From: Coprobacillus sp. CAG:826
GTDB taxonomy: Bacteria; Bacillota_I; Bacilli_A; RFN20; CAG-826
DNA: 64,000 nt
Assembly: GCA_000437235.1 (NCBI GenBank)
Contig: FR897046.1
Coordinates: forward strand, 155,664-219,663
Direction of reading: 5' to 3'
Positions 37,090 to 45,967 of this stretch are shown piece after piece; the stretch's first letter is position 1; each line of letters starts with the position of its first letter. Under the pieces are notes generated by a model that saw only the letters and a program-made list of their open reading frames with translations, was not told the DNA's origin and searched no databases. The translations under genes were made by a program, and so were the position numbers.

Positions 37090-38622
37090 TTAAGCTTTGG
37101 CTTTACTTGCCTTTTTTAAATCAACTGCGTGTTCGTGTTCAACGACTTCACCTTGGACAAGTCCTTTGCCTTGTAAGACTTGGTCGATTAAGGATTTAGC
37201 ACGTTTAACCGATAATTTGGATTTAACTTTTAAAAGGGTTGGAACTTCAGCATAAGATCCTTTGCTGGAGACATCGATGATTGGTAATGTGCTATCATCA
37301 AAGCTATGTGGATCTAAAGCGAAGAAGACTTTTAAGGTTTTACCTTGAATCGTCATTTTGATTAATAATTCTTTCTTATAGCGATAAGAATCTGCGGTAG
37401 CGGATACACGAGATTTAATTCCGTTATAGGCAAGAATATAAGACTTTAATTCATCATATTTGTGTTGAACTTCAGTTGGTGCTTTAACCATTTTTTCAGT
37501 AAAGCTTCTACGAATAATTTCTAAGTATTCTTTCATTGCCATTTTAGAATCATCAGGTACGATGTCTAAACGTTCAATACCACGAGAATCCATTAATTGA
37601 GCAATTAAAGCTTTTGCACGTTTGACGGATAAACTAGATTTGACTTTTAAAAGTGTTGGAACTTCGGCATAAATCTTTTTACCACTTACATCAATAATTG
37701 GATAAGTAGAATCGGTGAAAGATTTTGGATCTAAAGCTAAGAAGACTTTTAAGGTTTTACCTTGAATGTTAATCTTAACAAAGATATTTTTCTTCACACG
37801 ATAAGAATCACAATGTTTAGAAATTCTAGAACGGACACCTTCATAAGAAAGTAATTCACGACGGATTTCTAAATATTTTTGTTTCATATCATCATCTAAA
37901 GCTTCGAATTTTTCCATGAAGGTACGGCGAATAATTTCACCATAAATAGAAGTATCTAAAGTATCAATTTTTTTCTTTTCTTCTTTGGATTCTACTTCTT
38001 TTACTTCTTCCATTTCTGGAACGTTTTCAGTAGTTTCTTCTGCTTTAGGTTCTTCCTCTACAACGTTTTCTTCTTTTACGATTTCAACGTTTTCAACGGC
38101 AACTGCTTTGGTTTCTTCTTCAGCAGGAGCTGCTGGGCCTTCGGCTAATAATTTATCATGTTTCTTATCCATGATACGGGCAATAATTGCGTTGGTAACA
38201 ATTAACACAAATAAGTCAATCATTACAACAAGTGCTGCAACTGTAAGAGCTTTTGTATCGCTATTTGTAACTCTATACTCATATGAGCCACGATATTTGT
38301 AAGTTACAAGAGCCATATAAACCATAACAGCTAAGAAGATTGGAGCAAGATAAGAAAGTACTCCACGTTTGCGGATAATATTTCTTACGGTCCAGAATAC
38401 TGTAACAAAACCAGTAAGAACAGTAATAGCTAAAACAAAATAAGTTTTGCCATCCCATGGACGTTTAAATAAGAAGTTAATGGTGTAATTGGCAATTTTT
38501 CCACAGTCGGCAAAGAATGAATCTTTAACGAGTAATGCGATTAAGGCAACAAATGCAACAAAGAATACACCAACTAGGACATTCAATGCCTTATGGACTC
38601 GTTTTAATTGAGTGCTATCCAT
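37090..38622 (-). CDS. Membrane protein with an acidic linker and two tandem copies of an unknown domain of about 120 aa
   Basis: 510 aa. Four N-terminal TM helices, an E/K/V-rich linker, then repeats at aa 229-347 (nt 37582-37938) and aa 368-486 (nt 37165-37521). The repeats share IIRRxFxEK...SYRxKK...IQGKTLKVFxALDP...PIIDVS...YAEVPTLLKVKSxLSVKRAKxLI. Confidence 0.65.
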   Translation of the reverse strand: MDSTQLKRVHKALNVLVGVFFVAFVALIALLVKDSFFADCGKIANYTINFLFKRPWDGKTYFVLAITVLTGFVTVFWTVRNIIRKRGVLSYLAPIFLAVMVYMALVTYKYRGSYEYRVTNSDTKALTVAALVVMIDLFVLIVTNAIIARIMDKKHDKLLAEGPAAPAEEETKAVAVENVEIVKEENVVEEEPKAEETTENVPEMEEVKEVESKEEKKKIDTLDTSIYGEIIRRTFMEKFEALDDDMKQKYLEIRRELLSYEGVRSRISKHCDSYRVKKNIFVKINIQGKTLKVFLALDPKSFTDSTYPIIDVSGKKIYAEVPTLLKVKSSLSVKRAKALIAQLMDSRGIERLDIVPDDSKMAMKEYLEIIRRSFTEKMVKAPTEVQHKYDELKSYILAYNGIKSRVSATADSYRYKKELLIKMTIQGKTLKVFFALDPHSFDDSTLPIIDVSSKGSYAEVPTLLKVKSKLSVKRAKSLIDQVLQGKGLVQGEVVEHEHAVDLKKASKAKA

Positions 38623-38835
38623 TAAAAAACCCTCCCTAAAATCATTTTATTCATAAATAGCATATTTACGACACTATTATTATAACATAATAATAATCTT
38701 GCGCAATTGTTTTTTTTATTTATTTCATACAAATATGCATTATTTTTTCATAACTCGCCTGTTTTTTTCTCTTTTATCACTTCGTAGTTTCTTCTATTTG
38801 GGTTAAAGTAGACAGATGTTGGCATTTTTTAACAT

Positions 38836-38872
38836 AAAAAATCTCATTCTACGAACGGAATGAGACTTTTTT
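38836..38872 (-). terminator. Terminator of the gal operon
   Basis: 8-bp stem TCTCATTC/GAATGAGA flanked by A- and T-runs, directly after the galK stop. Confidence 0.7.
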
Positions 38873-38887
38873 GTTTCATTATTTTGT

Positions 38888-40108
38888 TTAAAGTTTTTCC
38901 ACTTGTACTGTGCCGTGATTACGAATCATAACGCGGAATGCCGAGTTTTCTCCGTATAATGCATGCATTAACTCAAAAAATGATTTAACTTGATCAAATG
39001 GTACAAAGGTTAGAATTGTGCCCGCAAAGCCTCCACCATGTACACGGAAGGCTCCACTTTTGAGGAGTTTTCTTGTTAACGTTAAACCTAATGGAATACT
39101 TTGTTGGGATTCTCCAGGAACATAACAGTTTTGGAGATATTTATAAGAAGATTCTCCTGAGCGATTCACCGCATCTAAGAATCCTGAAATATTTCCATTT
39201 CTTAAAGAGTTAAAAGCGTATAAAACACGTTTGTTTTCATCAAAGAAATGCATACCACGTAATACTGCACGTCCGCCAAGTTTACGGTAGACATAAGGAA
39301 TACGTTTAATGAATTCTTTGCTATCGACTTTATTTAAATAAGGTTGATTAAATAAAGCGGCCACTTGCAACATATCTTCTTTAATTTGCGCATAATGGGA
39401 AGTTAATTCACTATGATTGCCACCGGTATTGACTAAAATCATTTGATAGCCATCAATATGCGTTTGAATACCTTCAATACGTGGATTTTCTACATCGGCA
39501 AAGTCAATGTAATTGACGCCACCTAAAGCCACGCCTAATTGATCTAAAAGTCCGCATGGTTTGCCAAAATAGGCCGATTCAGCAAATTGACCAATCTTTG
39601 CAAGTTCCACCATATTTAAAGCGTTATCGTTATAATAATAATTTAATAATTCACAAATCAATAATTCAAAAGCAGCACTAGAAGAAATACCGGCACCACG
39701 CCAAATGTTACTACTGGATTTCACTTTTAAACCACCGATTTTATAACCGTGATCTTGGAAACCTTTTAATACGCCACGAATTAAACTGGAAGAAGTTCCT
39801 TTTTCTTTTTCTTTCATTTCTAAATCATCTAATGAAATATTCATTGGATCATAACCTTCAGAAATAAATTGAATCATGGGTTCATCCGATGCATTTGCAG
39901 CCGCCAAAATATCCATATCGATGGAAGCGACTAAAGCTTTTCCATGGTTATGATCGGTATGATTACCTAAAAGTTCTACTCTTCCACAACTCGAAAAGAT
40001 ACTATCCGCATCTTCGTTAAAGTGATAGCGAAAGGCTTTTAAAAGTTTTTCTTTTCTTTTTAAATAGCCATCAAGGTTCCCACCATATAATTCTTCTACC
40101 ATGTTCAT
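38888..40108 (-). CDS. galK: Galactokinase
   Basis: GNHTDHNHG (GHMP galactokinase signature region) and GAGISSSAA ATP-binding motif. 406 aa. Confidence 0.9.
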   Translation of the reverse strand: MNMVEELYGGNLDGYLKRKEKLLKAFRYHFNEDADSIFSSCGRVELLGNHTDHNHGKALVASIDMDILAAANASDEPMIQFISEGYDPMNISLDDLEMKEKEKGTSSSLIRGVLKGFQDHGYKIGGLKVKSSSNIWRGAGISSSAAFELLICELLNYYYNDNALNMVELAKIGQFAESAYFGKPCGLLDQLGVALGGVNYIDFADVENPRIEGIQTHIDGYQMILVNTGGNHSELTSHYAQIKEDMLQVAALFNQPYLNKVDSKEFIKRIPYVYRKLGGRAVLRGMHFFDENKRVLYAFNSLRNGNISGFLDAVNRSGESSYKYLQNCYVPGESQQSIPLGLTLTRKLLKSGAFRVHGGGFAGTILTFVPFDQVKSFFELMHALYGENSAFRVMIRNHGTVQVEKL

Positions 40109-41130
40109 TACTCATCACCATAACCTTTCGGATTCTTTTTTTGCCAATTCCAAGAGTCTCTGCATGCATCTAAAACAGTTAATTCTGCTTTCCAATGAAG
40201 TTCTTTATTAGCCTTTGAACAATCAGCGTAGCATGCATCAATATCACCAGGACGACGGGCGACAATTTGATAAGGAATATGGATATCATTCGCTTTTTCA
40301 AAGTCATGTACCATTTCTAAAACGCTGACACCTTTTCCGGTACCTAAGTTATAAATGAGTAATCCTGGATTTTCTTCCATTTTCTTTAAAGCGGCGATAT
40401 GGCCTTTCGCTAAATCGACGACATGGATGTAATCTCTAACTCCCGTTCCATCAGCGGTTTTATAGTCATTACCAAATACTTTTAATTCTTTTAATTTTCC
40501 AATGGCCACTTGCGTAATATATGGCATTAAATTATTAGGAATTCCATTAGGATCTTCTCCCATTAATCCCGTTGGATGAGCACCAATTGGGTTAAAGTAA
40601 CGAAGAAGGGTTACGTTGAGTTCTGGATGAACTTTTTGTACATCTTGTAAAATTTCTTCAATCATTAATTTCGTTCTACCATAAGGATTGGTGACGCCAC
40701 CAACTGGGCAATCTTCATCGATTGGAATACGTTTTGGACTTCCGTATACCGTGGCAGAAGATGAGAATACGAAATGATTGACATGATATTTCAACATCAT
40801 TTCTAAAAGATTTAATGTCGAATTTAAGTTGTTATCATAATACTTTAAAGGAAGAAGTACGCTTTCACCAACAGCTTTAAAGCCTGCAAAGTGAATGACC
40901 GCATCAATCTTCTCTTTTTTAAATATTTCTTCAAAGGCGACTTTATCGAGTAATGAAACGCGATAGAAGATGGGACGCTTTCCGGTAATCGTCTCAATTC
41001 GGTTGATAACTTCTTCTTTGGAATTGCTTAAATCATCCACAATAATTGGCTCATAGCCTGCATTAAGAAGTTCTACGACGGTGTGACTTCCGATATAACC
41101 TGCTCCACCAGTAACTAAAATTCTTTTCAT
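40108..41130 (-). CDS. galE: UDP-glucose 4-epimerase
   Basis: VTGGAGYIGSH Rossmann motif and YGRTK catalytic motif. 340 aa. Confidence 0.9.
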   Translation of the reverse strand: MKRILVTGGAGYIGSHTVVELLNAGYEPIIVDDLSNSKEEVINRIETITGKRPIFYRVSLLDKVAFEEIFKKEKIDAVIHFAGFKAVGESVLLPLKYYDNNLNSTLNLLEMMLKYHVNHFVFSSSATVYGSPKRIPIDEDCPVGGVTNPYGRTKLMIEEILQDVQKVHPELNVTLLRYFNPIGAHPTGLMGEDPNGIPNNLMPYITQVAIGKLKELKVFGNDYKTADGTGVRDYIHVVDLAKGHIAALKKMEENPGLLIYNLGTGKGVSVLEMVHDFEKANDIHIPYQIVARRPGDIDACYADCSKANKELHWKAELTVLDACRDSWNWQKKNPKGYGDE

Positions 41131-41149
41131 TTTGATTTGTCTCCCTTTC

Positions 41150-42673
41150 TTATAAATCTAATTTTTTAGCAAAGGACATGAAATGTTCATTGCCTTTTTC
41201 ATCTTGTTTAAATACTGCAACATTACCTAAGATATGCATACATACCGTAGAGATTTCATTACGAATATATTGAATGGCTTCTTCCTCTATTAATGTATGG
41301 TCTAGTTGCTTACGTAATCTAACAATAAAATCGCGATGAATCTTTAAGTCTTCGTGTTCTTTAAAATATTCATCTACATCCATAGATACATCATTTAAAA
41401 GAACCGCTAATTCTTTGGTTTGTCTTTCTAAACGTGCGGGTAAAATGAACATACCCATAGCTTCAATTAAGCCAATACCTTCACTTTTAATGTTATGGTA
41501 TTCAGGATGGGCATGGAAAATGCCATCGGGATAAGTTTCATTTGTACGATTATTTCTTAAAATGAGGTATAAAACATAATTGTCATCTACTTTACGGGCA
41601 ATTGGAGTCGTGGTATTGTGTTGTGCACCATTAGAATGAGGAATAATATCAATTTCTTCATCTTGATAATCTCTCCAAACTGCTAAAATGTGTTCTGTAG
41701 CATCTAATAATTCTTCTTTATTTTTTGAAGTTAATCGAAGCGTTGACGCATACCAGTCTAAATATTCAATCTTTGTATGTTTATACTTTTTATTTTCGAG
41801 TTCAATAATTGGATGTGAGAACATCATCGGCATGAGGTGACTTCCGCCTTGGAAGTGTTCGTGATTCAAAATAGAGCCGCCTACAATAGGAAGTTCAGAA
41901 TTAGAACCCACAAAGAAGCAAGGGAAACGATCGACAAACGCTAATAAATTTGCGTAGATTCTTCTTCCCATTTGCATAGGTTCATGATGTCCACAAATAA
42001 CGATGCAGTGCTCATAATAATAAACGTAAGGTGAATATTGTAAGAACCAGTGTTCATCATTTAATGAAACAGGAATCATACGAATATTTTGTCGCGCAGG
42101 GTGATCATCTCTACCCGCATAGCCTAAATTTTCTAAGCATAATAAGCATTTAGGATAAGAGACATCTTTCTTTCCAACTAATTTAGCAATATCTGAGTTC
42201 TTCTTTTCTGGTTTAGAAAGATTAATTGTAATTTCTAAATAATTGGTGGGAAATTCTGCTTTCCAATATAGATTACGATCCACTGCGGTTTTTTGAATAT
42301 AGTTGTTATAAATCTCTAACTGATACAAATAATCTAATGCGGTTTGAGGATTTTCTTGTTCTAAAGTAGTAAAGTGAGAAATTACGTCATTGGGCATAGG
42401 AGTAATCATTCCCATTACTTTTACGAGTAAGCGCTCAATTTCTTTATCATTATACGTGGTGTTCTCTTTTAAATAAGTTCTTAGTTCCTCTAATAACACA
42501 TCCGGAACTTGAAGATTTTCGATTGCTTTTTCGTCAATTGAAGTATTCTCCATGCTCGTAAGATGAAAGAGGTCTAATAATTGATTCTGTACATAAATGG
42601 AATCAAATTCTTGTAAGCCCAACTTTACTTTTGCGTAGTAAAGAAGCTTTTGAATAATATGATGCAGTTCCAT
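41150..42673 (-). CDS. galT: Galactose-1-phosphate uridylyltransferase, type 2 (long Firmicute form)
   Basis: About 507 aa with the GalT_2-like layout, lying between galM and galE. The ATG at 42673 is preceded by GGAGG. Confidence 0.85.
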   Translation of the reverse strand: MELHHIIQKLLYYAKVKLGLQEFDSIYVQNQLLDLFHLTSMENTSIDEKAIENLQVPDVLLEELRTYLKENTTYNDKEIERLLVKVMGMITPMPNDVISHFTTLEQENPQTALDYLYQLEIYNNYIQKTAVDRNLYWKAEFPTNYLEITINLSKPEKKNSDIAKLVGKKDVSYPKCLLCLENLGYAGRDDHPARQNIRMIPVSLNDEHWFLQYSPYVYYYEHCIVICGHHEPMQMGRRIYANLLAFVDRFPCFFVGSNSELPIVGGSILNHEHFQGGSHLMPMMFSHPIIELENKKYKHTKIEYLDWYASTLRLTSKNKEELLDATEHILAVWRDYQDEEIDIIPHSNGAQHNTTTPIARKVDDNYVLYLILRNNRTNETYPDGIFHAHPEYHNIKSEGIGLIEAMGMFILPARLERQTKELAVLLNDVSMDVDEYFKEHEDLKIHRDFIVRLRKQLDHTLIEEEAIQYIRNEISTVCMHILGNVAVFKQDEKGNEHFMSFAKKLDL

Positions 42674-42794
42674 ATTGAAATCCTCCATAATTATTATAAC
42701 TGAAATTTTTTAGAAAAGTAATAAACTTTATGAAAAAAGCCCTTACATAAGTGGGCTTTTTCCATATAAGCCCTTATCAAATTTGATATGAGCG

Positions 42795-43772
42795 TTATTT
42801 AACTTCTAAGACGTAACGAATCCACATTGTTTGGGTTTCAAACGCTTTAATGCGCATGGATTCCAAAGGATTCTTTTTAAATTCTACCGCTAAAGAAGTA
42901 TAAGGAACATTTTGTTTTCCGGTTGTTAAAAGAATATCTTCTGCTTCATTTTCATCATATAAATGAACCATTGGTGCATTGGAATAAATGTACATGGTTC
43001 TTGTTTGCTCTGGATTTGAAAGTGTGAAAGCAGGGCCTATGTAATCTTTTTCTAACACCCAGTCATGGTCATATTCAAATGGAATTTTTCCCTTTTGTCC
43101 AAGGGTACGTTTTTGTCTAAAATCAAAATATGGTGTAACTTTTTCTGCGCCAAGAATAATCTTTTCATGATCAATTGGTAAATAAATGGAAGAAGGAATG
43201 GTGACAAAATGGTCTGCCATTTTTGCTTCACCACCATCCATCATGAAATAAGGGTGGCTAGTAATATTCACCAAAGTATCTTGATCACAAGTTACCGCAT
43301 AAATAGAAGTAAATTCTAATTGATCATCTAAAACGGTATAGGTGGCTGTGATTTTCATATTTCCATTAAAGCCGCCTTCTCCATCTTTTGAATAATAAGT
43401 AAAGGTAATGATGGCTTTATCTTCTTCCTCTTTTACTTCGTATTGGAAATTTTTAAAGGCAAAACCTTCTTTACCGCCATGTAAACAGTTGGCGTTTTCA
43501 TTAACACCAACTTTATAAATTTTTCCATCTAGTTCATATTCAGCATTTTTTAAACGGCCACAAACACGGCCTACGGTTTTACCATAATAACGAGTGGTCG
43601 TTAGAAATGTATTACGATCTAATGGTGAAAGCGTCATTGGTTTTTCATAAAACCATTCGTAAATAGAGCCGCCAAAAGAACATAAGGTTAAGCGCATTCC
43701 TAAGCGGTTTGTGCATGTAATCCATGCAATCTCTTCATTGTTAAGTTTTGTTTTTTCAATTAAAATCTTCAT
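42795..43772 (-). CDS. galM: Aldose 1-epimerase (galactose mutarotase)
   Basis: 325 aa. NCLHGG and HPYF motifs of the aldose epimerase family. First gene of the Leloir cluster. Confidence 0.8.
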   Translation of the reverse strand: MKILIEKTKLNNEEIAWITCTNRLGMRLTLCSFGGSIYEWFYEKPMTLSPLDRNTFLTTTRYYGKTVGRVCGRLKNAEYELDGKIYKVGVNENANCLHGGKEGFAFKNFQYEVKEEEDKAIITFTYYSKDGEGGFNGNMKITATYTVLDDQLEFTSIYAVTCDQDTLVNITSHPYFMMDGGEAKMADHFVTIPSSIYLPIDHEKIILGAEKVTPYFDFRQKRTLGQKGKIPFEYDHDWVLEKDYIGPAFTLSNPEQTRTMYIYSNAPMVHLYDENEAEDILLTTGKQNVPYTSLAVEFKKNPLESMRIKAFETQTMWIRYVLEVK

Positions 43773-43890
43773 AATTCATCGCCTGTTTTAATTTTATCAA
43801 AATTTGTAGAACAATACAAAAGCATTTCACGATTTTAGCAATATTATTTTTAAAGTAATTTTTTTGATACAAAATTTTTTTCTCCCTAAA

Positions 43891-43925
43891 AAAGAAAAAA
43901 GCTATGAACGTTTTTTTTCATAGCT
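43891..43925 (-). terminator. Terminator after the RHH gene
   Basis: 9-bp stem AGCTATGAA/TTCATAGCT followed by a T-run on the minus strand. Confidence 0.7.
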
Positions 43926-43934
43926 TCCCTCATC

Positions 43935-44123
43935 TTATTCTTTTTTTAAAGTAGAGGTTTCTTCTTCTAAATGTGTCTTTTTCTTTCTTTTTTTCACGCA
44001 TTCAGTTAGAAGGTATTCAATTTGTCCGTTAATTGAGCGGAAATCATCTTCTGCCCACTTCATTATTTCGGCATAAAGTTGATTAGAAAGACGAAGAGGG
44101 ATTTGCTTTTTCTCTTCATTCAT
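43935..44123 (-). CDS. Arc/MetJ-type ribbon-helix-helix DNA-binding protein
   Basis: 62 aa. IPLRLSNQLYAEIMKWAEDDFRSINGQIEYLL fits a beta-strand followed by two helices, as in RHH proteins. It lies 2 nt after the SPFH gene. Confidence 0.6.
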   Translation of the reverse strand: MNEEKKQIPLRLSNQLYAEIMKWAEDDFRSINGQIEYLLTECVKKRKKKTHLEEETSTLKKE

Positions 44124-44125
44124 AA

Positions 44126-45136
44126 TTAATAAATGGTTCCTGAATTTACGATGGGTTGTGCATCTTTATTTCCGCATAAGACAACAAGTAAATTGGATAC
44201 CATTTGGGCTTTTCTTTCTTCATCTAAAGTAACAACATTATTTTCACTTAATCTATCTAAAGCCATTTCAACCATACCCACTGCCCCGTCAACAATCATT
44301 TTACGGGCATCAATAATCGCAGATGCTTGTTGTCTTTGTAACATTACCGCTGCGATTTCAGTAGCGTAAGCTAAATACGTGATTCTTGCTTCAATAATTT
44401 CAATACCCGCTTCTTTTACGCGTTCTTGAATTTCATTACGAATTCGTAAAGCAACGACATCGCTTGAGCCTCTTAAGCTACCTTCATCGGCTAAGCCATC
44501 ACCCGTAGTGTCCACATTAGGCGCAACATCATAAGGATAAATACGTACCACGTTTCGTAATGCACTATCACATTGTAAGGATAAATATTCCTTGTAGTTA
44601 TCAACATTGAATACTGCCTTAGCGGTATCCACAATTTTCCAAGTTACAGCAATGCCAATCTCTACTGGATTACCTAAACAATCATTAATCTTTTGACGGC
44701 TATTATTTAACGTCATAATCTTTAAAGATAAACGCTTATCACTACTAGAAAAATCAAAGGAAATCGTGCCTCCATTATTTCCCGGTAACGTAGCAGTACC
44801 AATGGTATTGACGTCACCACTTTGATTTAATTTGGTTTTGGCAGCAGGGTTAAAGCTTGAGCAAAACGGATTTACAAAGTAGAAACCATCTCCTTTAATC
44901 GTTCCCACATATTTACCAAATAATGTTAAAACTAAAGCTTCTTGTGGCTTTAAAATTCTTAATCCCAAAAGTGGAAACCAGCCAATACACATATAAACAA
45001 TAGCAATAATCGTTGGAATCATTTGTTCTTTCGTTCCAAAGTATGCACATGCTGCAATCGCTACTATATAAAGTGCGAGGGTAATCAAAAGAACAAGCAT
45101 TCCTCTCTTTTTTGTTGTATAAATTTTTTCTTCCAT
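44126..45136 (-). CDS. SPFH/Band-7 (stomatin/flotillin-like) membrane protein
   Basis: 336 aa. Two N-terminal TM helices, an SPFH core and a QRQQA coiled-coil region. Confidence 0.8.
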   Translation of the reverse strand: MEEKIYTTKKRGMLVLLITLALYIVAIAACAYFGTKEQMIPTIIAIVYMCIGWFPLLGLRILKPQEALVLTLFGKYVGTIKGDGFYFVNPFCSSFNPAAKTKLNQSGDVNTIGTATLPGNNGGTISFDFSSSDKRLSLKIMTLNNSRQKINDCLGNPVEIGIAVTWKIVDTAKAVFNVDNYKEYLSLQCDSALRNVVRIYPYDVAPNVDTTGDGLADEGSLRGSSDVVALRIRNEIQERVKEAGIEIIEARITYLAYATEIAAVMLQRQQASAIIDARKMIVDGAVGMVEMALDRLSENNVVTLDEERKAQMVSNLLVVLCGNKDAQPIVNSGTIY

Positions 45137-45163
45137 TTTTTCTTTCTCCTTTTACTTATATCT

Positions 45164-45185
45164 TAATGATATCATTATGATATCA
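45164..45185. promoter_or_regulatory. Tandem palindromic operator candidate (TGATATCA twice, 11 bp apart)
   Basis: TAATGATATCATTA (45164-45177) is a perfect 14-bp palindrome. It is followed by TGATATCA (45178-45185). The site lies 28-50 nt upstream of the SPFH start, in the region that diverges from the XRE gene. Confidence 0.4.
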
Positions 45186-45308
45186 AAAAATCAAGACATT
45201 CAATTTTCAACAAATTCAAAAATTCTGTCGAATAAGTAGACACAATGTGCGTCTTTTTTTATACGCATGGGAAAAAAATGGTAATATACAAATAGGGAGT
45301 GTGATTGT

Positions 45309-45530
45309 ATGCCCAACTTATACAAGAGATTACGTAATCTTCGCGAAGACCATGACCTCACACAAAAAGACGTAGCTGAGCATTTAAAATGCAGTCGTAC
45401 TGCTTATGAAGGATATGAACGAGGTTATAGAAATATTCCAGTAGAACATTTAATGAAGTTATCTGAACTTTATTCAGTATCAATGGAATATATTGTAGAG
45501 ATGACAAACGATAAAAAGGGAATCAAATAA
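45309..45530 (+). CDS. Small XRE-family HTH transcriptional regulator
   Basis: 73 aa. LTQKDVAEHLKCSRTAYEGYERG is a Cro/C1 HTH. Confidence 0.8.
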   Translation: MPNLYKRLRNLREDHDLTQKDVAEHLKCSRTAYEGYERGYRNIPVEHLMKLSELYSVSMEYIVEMTNDKKGIK

Positions 45531-45566
45531 TTCCCTTTTTCTTTTACTTTTTTCTTCTAATTATAT

Positions 45567-45593
45567 AAAAGAAAACGCCTCTTTCGAGACGTT
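45567..45593 (-). terminator. Terminator candidate after the Asp-hybrid-Phe tRNA cluster
   Basis: 8-bp stem with one mismatch (AACGTCTC/GAGGCGTT) followed by TTTTCTTTT on the minus strand. Confidence 0.45.
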
Positions 45594-45605
45594 CTTTAAC
45601 AATCA

Positions 45606-45681
45606 TGGTGGTCCAAGCCGGGATTGAACCGGCGACACATGGATTTTCAGTCCATTGCTCTACCAACTGAGCTACCGGACC
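45606..45681 (-). tRNA. tRNA-Phe (anticodon GAA)
   Basis: Hand-folded. Acceptor GGTCCGG/TTGGACC, anticodon loop CTGAAAA, T-loop TTCAATC, encoded CCA. Confidence 0.9.
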
Positions 45682-45686
45682 ACAAC

Positions 45687-45769
45687 TGGCGGATCTGACG
45701 GGAATCGAACCCGCGGTCTTCTCGTAATTAGCTTGGAAGGCTAATGTTCTACCATTGAACTACACCTGC
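45687..45769 (-). pseudogene. Hybrid tRNA: the 5' 46 nt of tRNA-Gly(UCC) fused to a 37-nt exact copy of the tRNA-Asp 3' end (probable pseudo-tRNA)
   Basis: 83 nt. The D-arm and the anticodon arm (loop CTTCCAA) are Gly-like. From GAGAAGACC onward the sequence is identical to 45774-45810. The acceptor stem pairs at only 4 of 7 positions. Confidence 0.6.
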
Positions 45770-45773
45770 AAAC

Positions 45774-45849
45774 TGGCGGATCTGACGGGAATCGAACCCG
45801 CGGTCTTCTCCGTGACAGGGAGACATGTTAACCGCTACACCACAGATCC
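45774..45849 (-). tRNA. tRNA-Asp (anticodon GUC)
   Basis: Acceptor GGATCTG/CAGATCC, anticodon loop CTGTCAC, T-loop TTCGATT, encoded CCA. Confidence 0.9.
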
Positions 45850-45967
45850 ATGATGAGTAGTGCGCTCATATATTATCCATGATTTACCATAAAAATGCAA
45901 TAGATTTTTTAAGTTTTTTGTTCATCAATTTTTTCTAGTCGCTCTACTCGTGTAAAATACTATTTTA

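Noticed and set aside
45600-45860. Integrated mobile element at the tRNA-Asp 3' end
   Set aside because: The 37-nt direct repeats are separated only by a 46-nt tRNA-Gly fragment plus a 4-nt spacer. No integrase, excisionase or cargo genes occur nearby. I kept it as a finding about the hybrid tRNA only.
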